A program made the translations under genes and the position numbers. From IMG/VR virus record IMGVR_UViG_3300009709_000001, positions 317,336 to 381,335 of that record: a stretch of 64,000 nucleotides of DNA, one strand, 5' to 3'. The notes below the pieces were generated by a model. That model made no database searches. It had not been told where the DNA came from and saw nothing but the letters and a program-made list of their open reading frames with translations. Positions 1-7,059 of the stretch are shown in pieces (the first letter of the stretch is position 1; the number at the start of each line of letters is the position of its first letter). The stretch is from a virus (taxonomy: Duplodnaviria; Heunggongvirae; Uroviricota; Caudoviricetes).

Positions 1-52
1 CAGTTCGTCGAGATGATCTTCGATACATGTGACAAGGCAATAATAGAAGACT

Positions 53-238
53 TTATCCTTCGTCATCATCGGGCATCCATTCGATCGTTACCTTGATGGT
101 TCCTTTGGAAATTCCCCATTCGTCTGCCGGTACCTTGCTCATAACCGGATTATAGGATTCGCTCAAAGCTTCGCTGACATCCTGTTCGATATCAATGATA
201 CCTTCGCCGCAATAGGAACGTTCAAAGATTTTGATCAT
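53..238 (-). CDS. hypothetical protein (61 aa)
   Basis: ORF track; its ATG (236-238) overlaps the stop of the upstream 59-aa ORF (ATGA). Confidence 0.5.
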   Translation of the reverse strand: MIKIFERSYCGEGIIDIEQDVSEALSESYNPVMSKVPADEWGISKGTIKVTIEWMPDDDEG

Positions 239-414
239 ACTCTAACTCCAAGCAAGTTGTGATCTGCAAGGCGAGGTCTCGTGTTACCTGAATTGAAAAC
301 TCCTCTGGGGCCAAGGATAAATCCTGTCGGAGTTTTACAATAGGAACACACCACCGGTCCCGATCTGGGGAGTGTCAGAGGCGCACCGCAAGGTTTGCAT
401 TCTTTTTGCATCAT
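235..414 (-). CDS. small zinc-ribbon protein (59 aa, below ORF-track cutoff)
   Basis: Hand translation of minus strand: MMQKECKPCGAPLTLPRSGPVVCSYCKTPTGF...; CxxC...CxxC; fills the 239-410 gap; ATGA overlaps with both neighbours. Confidence 0.55.
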   Translation of the reverse strand: MMQKECKPCGAPLTLPRSGPVVCSYCKTPTGFILGPRGVFNSGNTRPRLADHNLLGVRV

Positions 415-671
415 GATAGCAGATACCGGTGGAACTGATCTTGGTCTACTTCGTAGTCGTAGAGCAGCAGGAAATGTAGTTGATCTTCGGCGCGATCGAA
501 CACGAGCACTTTGTGATTATCGATGAGACGAACATTGTATTTTTTCAACACAGCCTCAACATTATCCCATCCATTTAGCCAATGAACGGTCATGAAGGTT
601 CTCCACCACCGTGGACATTCCCCTAATGAGTTGTCGCCAAGATAGAGAGTGTACCCGGGTGTCTTGGTCAT
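411..671 (-). CDS. hypothetical protein (86 aa)
   Basis: ORF 411..704 trimmed to the ATG at 669-671, which overlaps the stop of 668..946 (ATGA). Confidence 0.5.
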   Translation of the reverse strand: MTKTPGYTLYLGDNSLGECPRWWRTFMTVHWLNGWDNVEAVLKKYNVRLIDNHKVLVFDRAEDQLHFLLLYDYEVDQDQFHRYLLS

Positions 672-946
672 TCTTGTTCCTTGTAGGAGCCGTGCACCGG
701 ACACACATCGCCAAAATCTTCAAGGGAAAAATCTTCCCAGAATTTCGGATAATACCGGTCCTCTTCTGCAAGATAATACGTTCCGTATTTCTTAATCAGA
801 TCAAGATCGGTAATTTCTTTGTTGTGGAGCTTTACACAATCGGCAAGGTACTCGTTGTGCTTGGCAATGATCGGTGCTTGGGCCTTGGCCGCGGCCGCGC
901 GGGTCGCATCATCATAGCGGCGAGTTTTACCAAATCGTTTGGGCAT
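668..946 (-). CDS. hypothetical protein (92 aa)
   Basis: ORF track; co-directional array; no motif recognised. Confidence 0.5.
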   Translation of the reverse strand: MPKRFGKTRRYDDATRAAAAKAQAPIIAKHNEYLADCVKLHNKEITDLDLIKKYGTYYLAEEDRYYPKFWEDFSLEDFGDVCPVHGSYKEQE

Positions 947-1637
947 GGTGTTCCCTTAAAACCGAGTTTGACCATTGATAATAGTAACCGACCGAACCTT
1001 TAAGTCCCATTTTCTTTAGTGCTAAATTCGAACTACCTGTTTCGATATACAAACCCAAGAACTCATCTTTTCTCTTATCTAATTCAGCAAATTTTTTGTT
1101 ATCCTTTTTTCTACACTCTTTGCCACAGGTAAATTTTTTTACAGAATGTAGGAATTCGCAACCACAAACCCGACAAGTTTGAAAAGAATTATCAAAATCG
1201 TTAACTCTACCCTTAAGCCATCTCTGATCTAAATAAATCTGAATTTCAGAAATCTTTATCTTTTTATTCTCTCTTAGATTTCTATTATAGATCCAACAAG
1301 TTCCAAATTGGGAATTATTTTCACCACTCGATGATTCTTTAATCGATGTCTTGGCCCACTGATAAATTCTTCCCGTAAATCTTACTTGCTCCGATGACGA
1401 ACATTTTGCCATCATAATAGCTGCCCAGGCCAGTTTAGCATTTAATGGGTTTGCCTTACTCAATAGAAGATGTGCAACATAGTGTTCTTTTGCGGTTAGT
1501 TCTACAAGATTATTTAGATTGTCGGTTCCGCCCATGCACCGCGGAATAATATGATGCCTTTCGCGATACACTTCGTCGGATAAAACTCTGTCTTTTGCTT
1601 TTTCTATGAGATTATTGTATACTTTTTGATAATCCAA
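927..1637 (-). CDS. HNH homing endonuclease (236 aa)
   Basis: HNH core RERHHIIPRCMGGTDNLNNLVELTAKEHYVAHLLL; very AT-rich; first codon is TTG; paralog of 14903, 28365 and 46924 genes. Confidence 0.8.
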   Translation of the reverse strand: MDYQKVYNNLIEKAKDRVLSDEVYRERHHIIPRCMGGTDNLNNLVELTAKEHYVAHLLLSKANPLNAKLAWAAIMMAKCSSSEQVRFTGRIYQWAKTSIKESSSGENNSQFGTCWIYNRNLRENKKIKISEIQIYLDQRWLKGRVNDFDNSFQTCRVCGCEFLHSVKKFTCGKECRKKDNKKFAELDKRKDEFLGLYIETGSSNLALKKMGLKGSVGYYYQWSNSVLREHHAQTIW

Positions 1638-1638
1638 A

Positions 1639-1671
1639 ATACTTCTACTCCTATGATGGAAGTAGAAGTAT
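1639..1671 (-). promoter_or_regulatory. 11-bp perfect hairpin abutting the HNH start codon (RBS-occluding candidate)
   Basis: atacttctact (1639-1649) pairs with agtagaagtat (1661-1671), 11-nt loop; on the mRNA the only AGGAG lies at the loop/3' arm junction and the TTG start is 1 nt after the stem. Confidence 0.5.
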
Positions 1672-1681
1672 TTATCATTTT

Positions 1682-1760
1682 TGGTACCCCGGACAGGATT
1701 CGAACCTGCATTGACTCCATTACACTTCTACGCTTTAGAAGAGCGCTGTGGTACCGAGGT
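1682..1760 (-). tRNA. tRNA-like gene, 76 nt + encoded CCA; possible anticodon UCU (Arg); non-canonical D region
   Basis: Hand fold of minus strand: acceptor ACCTCGG/CCGGGGT (7 bp, one G-U), T arm GCAGG-TTCGAAT-CCTGT, discriminator A, CCA; only 5-bp/7-nt-loop arm is GCGCT-CTTCTAA-AGCGT, displaced 12 nt toward the 5' end; no canonical D arm found. Confidence 0.5.
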
Positions 1761-1768
1761 CTGAATTA

Positions 1769-2107
1769 TTATCTAAAAGCGAGAATAACTTTCTGTTTGA
1801 TTTCCATGAGGCGCATCGGACTCATCTTTGCCCGATAACACACCTCCAGCATTTCGTATTCTCTATCGCGAATTGGGGCGATCTTATGTTCTTTCCCCGA
1901 AAGCTTCAGGAATGTTTCGTACTCGCCATCAAGGCGAATAAGCATTCCGGTTCCCTCGTATACATAGAACATCGCACCACCACGAATTAGGGTCGAATTC
2001 CCTTTTATATCATATTCGGTGATTTCGATGTCTACGTAATCCTTCAACAATTCGTAGCAACCTGCAGGAAGCTCCCGAACTGCCGAAGCACGAGCGAAGT
2101 AAATCAT
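1769..2107 (-). CDS. hypothetical protein (112 aa)
   Basis: ORF 1769..2179 trimmed to ATG 2105-2107, which overlaps the stop of the 37-aa ORF (ATGA); stop lies 8 nt before the tRNA-like 5' end. Confidence 0.5.
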   Translation of the reverse strand: MIYFARASAVRELPAGCYELLKDYVDIEITEYDIKGNSTLIRGGAMFYVYEGTGMLIRLDGEYETFLKLSGKEHKIAPIRDREYEMLEVCYRAKMSPMRLMEIKQKVILAFR

Positions 2108-2217
2108 TGCATGAGCAGCGGGGCGACAGCCATGCACAACAGTTCGGTATTGGCACCGTAAGCAGTACGATACCACCAAACGGCCATGTAGTTGAGTGCA
2201 TCCAGGATTGTGTCCAT
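2104..2217 (-). CDS. small hydrophobic protein (37 aa, below ORF-track cutoff)
   Basis: Hand translation MDTILDALNYMAVWWYRTAYGANTELLCMAVAPLLMQ; AAGGAG 7 nt upstream of ATG; own TTGACA-17-TAAAAT promoter. Confidence 0.55.
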   Translation of the reverse strand: MDTILDALNYMAVWWYRTAYGANTELLCMAVAPLLMQ

Positions 2218-2239
2218 GATCTTGCTCCTTGTTGCCTAC

Positions 2240-2268
2240 ATTTTATTGTAGGTTTAGAAAGTTGTCAA
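2240..2268 (-). promoter_or_regulatory. sigma70-type promoter TTGACA-17-TAAAAT
   Basis: Minus strand cgctcatTTGACAactttctaaacctacaaTAAAATgtagg; -35 overlaps stop of 2265..2609; ~22-nt leader with AAGGAG before the 37-aa ORF. Confidence 0.65.
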
Positions 2269-2609
2269 ATGAGCGCGGCGAGCACATCGGCATCGTCTAC
2301 GAAGTTGCCGTACGAGATATCCTTGATAGCACCGGGATTAGCACCGATGCTGGTAAACCATTCATGCCAGTCCGTCATCACTGCATGGATGTCACCCTGT
2401 TCAACTTCGTAGGTATCCATCTCGATACCCGAAGTGACATCGCTGGTTACCAGCGCACCGCCACCATATTTCGCTTCCATACGGCCGACCTGTTCGATCA
2501 TATCATCCACCACAATGGCAGAAGGATTGTCGAGCTTGAAGCCAAAGATGTACTCAGTGCCATCATCAAGATCGGCATCGTAGAAAGAGAAAGAGAAAGG
2601 AATTGTCAT
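2265..2609 (-). CDS. hypothetical acidic protein (114 aa)
   Basis: ORF track; 1-nt overlap with upstream gene. Confidence 0.55.
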   Translation of the reverse strand: MTIPFSFSFYDADLDDGTEYIFGFKLDNPSAIVVDDMIEQVGRMEAKYGGGALVTSDVTSGIEMDTYEVEQGDIHAVMTDWHEWFTSIGANPGAIKDISYGNFVDDADVLAALI

Positions 2610-2872
2610 TATTTTACTCCAAAAATTCGTTCAAAGATAGGGCGTACACGGCGATGATATTTTTCTTCGCGCTGCCGGAGATTCAACCATTTCCTATTGT
2701 CCCACACCGGATCGTCGCCGTGTTTCTCTTCTTGGCGCCTGAACCAGAAGTGTGCCTGATATTTTGACCACCACATGATGGCGCCGTCGCAGGAATTCAC
2801 CGTTTTACTGATCCCGCCGGGGCCGGAAAGTGTAACAGCAACCTTCGGTTTAACTTTGATTTTGTCGCGCAT
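2609..2872 (-). CDS. hypothetical protein (87 aa)
   Basis: ORF track; 1-nt overlaps on both sides. Confidence 0.55.
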   Translation of the reverse strand: MRDKIKVKPKVAVTLSGPGGISKTVNSCDGAIMWWSKYQAHFWFRRQEEKHGDDPVWDNRKWLNLRQREEKYHRRVRPIFERIFGVK

Positions 2873-3075
2873 TACAACACCATCAGGACGAAGGCGAGAA
2901 TGAGTTGAAGAAGTAGGATTACAATCTTCATAAATCCATAGCCAGCCGCGATGGAAATGATCTGCAATTTGGTGCTGAGTTGCGAAGCACCAGTTTCACT
3001 CATGATGTAACGGCCGGCATAGAAGCCGCCAACAACCATAAGTACCAGAGAAAAGAGGGCAAATGCAAGTTCCAT
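2872..3075 (-). CDS. small two-TM membrane protein (67 aa)
   Basis: ORF 2872..3123 trimmed to MELAFALFSLVLMVVGGFY...; ATG 3073-3075 follows the stop of the 56-aa ORF by 1 nt; two hydrophobic helices. Confidence 0.55.
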   Translation of the reverse strand: MELAFALFSLVLMVVGGFYAGRYIMSETGASQLSTKLQIISIAAGYGFMKIVILLLQLILAFVLMVL

Positions 3076-3076
3076 A

Positions 3077-3247
3077 TTAATCTTTCGGGATGATGTAAAC
3101 GGCATGGCCGCTATAGTTGCCAATCATCCAATCCTCCATCACCTCATTGTGGGAGAACTGGTATGCTGTGGCACCAAAGGTAGCCACAACATTCAATTTC
3201 TCTTCAGTCTGAATATAGACTTTGATATCATCTAAGCGCATTCGCAT
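3077..3247 (-). CDS. hypothetical protein (56 aa, below ORF-track cutoff)
   Basis: Hand translation MRMRLDDIKVYIQTEEKLNVVATFGATAYQFSHNEVMEDWMIGNYSGHAVYIIPKD; fills the 3124-3227 gap. Confidence 0.45.
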   Translation of the reverse strand: MRMRLDDIKVYIQTEEKLNVVATFGATAYQFSHNEVMEDWMIGNYSGHAVYIIPKD

Positions 3248-3629
3248 CAATCAACTCTTTCAGTTTCTTATGTTGTTGTTGATTCCAGCCCATCGTTGCT
3301 TCACTCTGCACAAATTTCTCTTCAATCCAGACGTTAGGAATTTCCCATAATGACCGATAATTACCGTCGGTAAATCCGTAACGGTAATCTTGTGGCATGC
3401 GACGAACATTCAACCAGCCACAGTGACCAGTGATTGAGGTATACCAGACATGAGCTTTGTCGTATCTCGGTACAGACATGACCACATGTCCACGTTGCCA
3501 ACCAGTAGTGGTTGTATCACATTGCACCTTAAGCATGCAATCAACAGAAGCAACAATCGGACTGGCCGGCAAGTACCATGCCCCGGGGACAATGTCCCAT
3601 AGCAGAAGAGACTTGTGTTTCTTGCTCAC
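3228..3629 (-). CDS. hypothetical protein (133 aa)
   Basis: ORF track; 4-nt overlap with upstream gene. Confidence 0.55.
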   Translation of the reverse strand: MSKKHKSLLLWDIVPGAWYLPASPIVASVDCMLKVQCDTTTTGWQRGHVVMSVPRYDKAHVWYTSITGHCGWLNVRRMPQDYRYGFTDGNYRSLWEIPNVWIEEKFVQSEATMGWNQQQHKKLKELIDANALR

Positions 3630-4252
3630 AGCTTCTCCAAAAGCCGGCCCAGCAATGCATCCATTTCTTCTTCGGTGTAGCGAAGGTATGCATTGGGCGT
3701 CGGAATTGTGTCGCCGAAATCCGTCTTAGTGAAGATGCGCGAACGTTCCTTCACTGTGGGAAACTCGAACACCATGAACGATGTGAGTTGCGTGGGATCG
3801 TTTTCCACGCTGTGAATTTCGGTGTGGCCCTGGAAGTGCATGTCACCGGGACCCAACACTTGCGTATCGTGTACGCGCAAGCCCCTCTTCGTAACCAGTT
3901 CCAGTTTGATCTTCTTTTCCTTGTTGTCCGGATGCAGTGCCGACGTGAGTGCGTAGATGTTGTAGTCATCCCGCTCGTTATCGAGCTTGTAGACAGTGTT
4001 CGTGATGGTGCCGTGGAGCACCAGAATCTGGCTGTCATACAGGTGGTTGTGGATGTTGACTGCGCGCGTCTGCAGTTCGTCTTGCGGCTCCACGATATAA
4101 AGCCGAATAGTGTGCTCCGGAGTGAACTCGAAGCACACGTAATTCAGACCGGGAAAATGGAAATTCTTGATGGACAGATCACAGATCCGTTTCAGATTGT
4201 GTTTGCGCTGGAGTGCAATCCATTGCTTCCAAAAAATCGTGGACTGGTTCAT
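3626..4252 (-). CDS. cupin-fold metalloprotein-like (208 aa)
   Basis: Two cupin-type motifs: VNIHNHLYDSQILVLHG and GPGDMHFQGHTEIHSVEN; start moved to ATG 4252 (CAGGAG upstream) because the promoter -10 lies inside the longer ORF. Confidence 0.5.
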   Translation of the reverse strand: MNQSTIFWKQWIALQRKHNLKRICDLSIKNFHFPGLNYVCFEFTPEHTIRLYIVEPQDELQTRAVNIHNHLYDSQILVLHGTITNTVYKLDNERDDYNIYALTSALHPDNKEKKIKLELVTKRGLRVHDTQVLGPGDMHFQGHTEIHSVENDPTQLTSFMVFEFPTVKERSRIFTKTDFGDTIPTPNAYLRYTEEEMDALLGRLLEKL

Positions 4253-4282
4253 CACAAACTCCTGAACTAATAGGTTGCATGC

Positions 4283-4311
4283 ATTGTAACGCATGCAAGA
4301 CGGTGTGTCAA
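4283..4311 (-). promoter_or_regulatory. sigma70-type promoter TTGACA-17-TACAAT
   Basis: Minus strand gcacTAATTGACAcaccgtcttgcatgcgtTACAATgcatgc; directly follows the stop of 4312..4731. Confidence 0.7.
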
Positions 4312-4731
4312 TTAGTGCAAGATAGGCGGTTTGCCTAGCCGAGTGGATTCTGGAAAAAGGTTATCAACCGCGTCTTTCAAATCCAAATCATCAAGTGTAA
4401 TATCGCTCATTTCATCAAGAAAGTCTTTCTCGATATTCTCCAGCATTTCAGTCTGCTGGCGTTCTTGGCGAAGAATCATTCGAAGAATATTCTTGGCATG
4501 ATCTTCGGTTAAATCCTGAACGAAGTAAGGAACTGCATCCGCGGTGATCCAAATCTCATCTCTATATTCCTTGCCATCGCCATGGGCGATATAGGTCTTA
4601 TGTTCTTGCCATTCGACCGTATATTCTTCGGTTTTGAGATTCTTTCGAATATCGATGAACCATTTATCTTCGGCGATCAATGGAGCAACGAATGCCTTCA
4701 TTTCTTCATAGACAAGGAATGTCTTTTTCAT
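4312..4731 (-). CDS. hypothetical protein (139 aa)
   Basis: ORF track; 1-nt overlap with upstream gene. Confidence 0.55.
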   Translation of the reverse strand: MKKTFLVYEEMKAFVAPLIAEDKWFIDIRKNLKTEEYTVEWQEHKTYIAHGDGKEYRDEIWITADAVPYFVQDLTEDHAKNILRMILRQERQQTEMLENIEKDFLDEMSDITLDDLDLKDAVDNLFPESTRLGKPPILH

Positions 4732-5093
4732 TATAGTTCCTTATAATTCTTTTCAATCCAGTTTGCAATCTTCTTGAAGCTTACACCGCTATCATTTGCA
4801 TCGACAAGAGATTCATACACATTGCCGGAAATAGTAAGATCATCGGCGACTGAACCTTCACCGTTGTCCATCATAGCCCAGTCCCTAACTTCAAGCGGAA
4901 GAATTGCACTCTCTCCGAGATAAAAACGAGGTTGGGATTGTTCCCTGGCAATTTTCGGATGTGCCTGTGCATGTAGATTACACAGAACACCTAGACAACA
5001 GAACCCTTCGTCATTTCGAAGAGCACCTTCGGTCTTTTTGTATTCACCACTACGAAGTGCTTTCACCCACTTTTCTGCAATCTTCTTTTTCAT
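4731..5093 (-). CDS. hypothetical protein (120 aa), KWVKALRSGEY...CCLGVLC type
   Basis: ORF track; N-terminal pattern KWVKALRSGEYKKTEGALRNDEGFCCLGVLCNL recalls a widespread phage protein of unknown function (from memory). Confidence 0.55.
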   Translation of the reverse strand: MKKKIAEKWVKALRSGEYKKTEGALRNDEGFCCLGVLCNLHAQAHPKIAREQSQPRFYLGESAILPLEVRDWAMMDNGEGSVADDLTISGNVYESLVDANDSGVSFKKIANWIEKNYKEL

Positions 5094-5394
5094 TATTGTT
5101 TTCCTCTGTGTAACCTAGTGCTTTCAACATATTATCGCACCATTGTTTCGATTCTTCTAGTGTTTCGCCCTCTAGGCCATAGCACCAATCGAGCCATTCA
5201 TCCCATTTATATTCGACGTATTTTCCACCGTCTTCAAAGTATCCGACATCCTCACGATGATATGCAGCACGGATTCGAACTCGAGGTGTCTTCTCGATAA
5301 GAGCGACACGAGTTTCTACACGGTCAGGATCGGCACCAGAAATAGTCCGAACTACGAAACCATCACATTGAATCCATGGGCTGATTTTTTGCAT
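5050..5394 (-). CDS. hypothetical protein (114 aa)
   Basis: ORF track; only ATG available is 5 nt downstream of a consensus -10 (leaderless layout). Confidence 0.55.
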   Translation of the reverse strand: MQKISPWIQCDGFVVRTISGADPDRVETRVALIEKTPRVRIRAAYHREDVGYFEDGGKYVEYKWDEWLDWCYGLEGETLEESKQWCDNMLKALGYTEENNNEKEDCRKVGESTS

Positions 5395-5399
5395 ACTTA

Positions 5400-5428
5400 A
5401 TTATATGTGAGTTCTCTGGAAAAGTCAA
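5400..5428 (-). promoter_or_regulatory. sigma70-type promoter TTGACT-17-TATAAT, ATG 5 nt after -10
   Basis: Minus strand aagTTGACTtttccagagaactcacaTATAATtaagtATGCAAAAA. Confidence 0.7.
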
Positions 5429-5600
5429 CTTGATTAAGAATAGTGTTTCGTCAATCAAGTTGTTGCCTAAAGGCAACACTTCTTCGAAAATGAAGAATTG
5501 GACGGCGTTTGACTCAAAAGTGTTGGTTCTGAGCAACAAAACGCTCTAATGTTTCAATGATTTTCGTTGTGATCTGATCAGATTTCGAATGAGTTTCGTG

Positions 5601-6176
5601 TCATTCTTCGTCATCAAATTTCGGCTTTGTAGTTCGGAAGAGGACCTCATATTCCATGTCTGATATCTGGCGCATCCTCTCATGTTTTTCGCATAAGACC
5701 TTGGTGCCGGGCATGTTTACCATTTTTCCGGGTGAACCACAATCTTCACAGATTCTTTTCGACATACTCTGCGCCATAAGCAGATAATAACCATGTTCGT
5801 CGGTGCCGTTTAACATACCGATTCTTAATGTACCGAACTTTTGACGAACGCTAGTAATGGTCGGAAGTTCAGCGCGGAATTCCTCTAATCTCTTTTCTTG
5901 TCCGATAATTAACTCTCGAAGGTTACCTGAATCCTTCACATCAGTCTTTTCGCATTCTTCTCGGTAATATTCAAGTCGATTTTCGACCTGCTGTACCTTA
6001 TGATAAATTGTTTCGAAAAAGGTTTCTAGAATACCTGCCCATCCCGGGCCAACTGCAAAATGATCTATATCTGATTTCTCGAATAGATAGGGCCATTGAA
6101 AGACAAAGGGTTCTATTTCTAGATCTGGAATATTATCAGAGCTCATATTGGGTAGATTTGGTAGACGATTAGGCAC
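5601..6176 (-). CDS. hypothetical protein (191 aa) with C-terminal Cys cluster
   Basis: ORF track (first codon GTG at 6176; alternative ATG at 6146); C-terminal CEDCGSPG...LCEKH. Confidence 0.55.
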   Translation of the reverse strand: MPNRLPNLPNMSSDNIPDLEIEPFVFQWPYLFEKSDIDHFAVGPGWAGILETFFETIYHKVQQVENRLEYYREECEKTDVKDSGNLRELIIGQEKRLEEFRAELPTITSVRQKFGTLRIGMLNGTDEHGYYLLMAQSMSKRICEDCGSPGKMVNMPGTKVLCEKHERMRQISDMEYEVLFRTTKPKFDDEE

Positions 6177-6272
6177 ATAGGCACGTTTTCTGTGCGGGAT
6201 TTTCCCGCAGGATTCCTGTGCAAGATTCCAAATCCTGCGTCCAAATCTGATCTGGAAATCTAGGTCAGAAAG

Positions 6273-6734
6273 TTACGCTAGAACTGGACATAGGATACTA
6301 TAGACCGGTGTCTTCTTTCCGTAGTTATAGAAGTTGTCTTTTGTATTCCCGAATTCTTTTGAATGAATTGGTGCATCTTTATTACTCGGGAACTTCGGGC
6401 CATTGAAATACATCTCATAAACTGCAGACATGATGCCAGTCTTACAGTTCATTACAACACCCTTCATCATGCTCGTGACCATAATTGTCTTACCATCGAC
6501 GTTAATGGTTGTAGGCTTGTCGAGTGTGATTAAAAAGTCGCCGCCCGAAATGACTGTATGGTCAACATAGGTTGCGATTAGTGTTGAAGAATCGAAATAG
6601 AGATGTTCACCATTCTTAGAAACAAGACCGTAAACTTCTTTCCATTCCGGTTCAGGAAAAATGAGACCGGCTGTAGCATAAATGCCGACAACAGCGAGAC
6701 CAAGGCAACATAAGATCTTATTCAGTTTTGACAT
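6273..6734 (-). CDS. secreted or membrane-anchored protein (153 aa)
   Basis: N-terminal hydrophobic segment ILCCLGLAVVGIYATAGLIF. Confidence 0.55.
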   Translation of the reverse strand: MSKLNKILCCLGLAVVGIYATAGLIFPEPEWKEVYGLVSKNGEHLYFDSSTLIATYVDHTVISGGDFLITLDKPTTINVDGKTIMVTSMMKGVVMNCKTGIMSAVYEMYFNGPKFPSNKDAPIHSKEFGNTKDNFYNYGKKTPVYSILCPVLA

Positions 6735-7059
6735 ACTTCTTTCTCACTCCATCGGCAATTTGAGCAACCGTTATATTTACATCGATACGCTCAATGACAA
6801 TACGATTGCAGGCCAACTTCATCAGCAATGCTTCACCCGGATCCATCTTGGCATGATAGATGGTAACCAAGCCTTCGTTGCTTCTATTTGCTATGTTTTC
6901 GATGCCGACCTTATATGCATCTTGCACCGTTTGTATGCGATATGGAATGTTTCTTTGTGTAAGGTAAACACCTACATCAAAGCCGTCTGTCCATGGCTCC
7001 AGAATTTTGTAATTCAGAAGGGCCACAGGCTCCGGAAAAAGTTCTTCACGTTCAGCCAT
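6718..7059 (-). CDS. hypothetical protein (113 aa)
   Basis: ORF track; co-directional array. Confidence 0.5.
   Translation of the reverse strand: MAEREELFPEPVALLNYKILEPWTDGFDVGVYLTQRNIPYRIQTVQDAYKVGIENIANRSNEGLVTIYHAKMDPGEALLMKLACNRIVIERIDVNITVAQIADGVRKKYVKTE

Noticed and set aside
1682-1760. Attempts to force a canonical cloverleaf: an alternative acceptor using the two GGTACC palindromes, or a D arm from GCGC/GCGU
   Set aside because: The GGTACC pairing leaves no room for the T stem. The GCGC/GCGU helix would start 5 nt too late and its loop lacks the GG dinucleotide. The locus is therefore reported as non-canonical rather than as a standard tRNA.
1626-1838. 70-aa plus-strand ORF spanning the tRNA-like locus
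   Set aside because: It runs antisense through the tRNA-like gene and the end of a minus-strand gene. It has no RBS, and the locus is better explained by the RNA gene.
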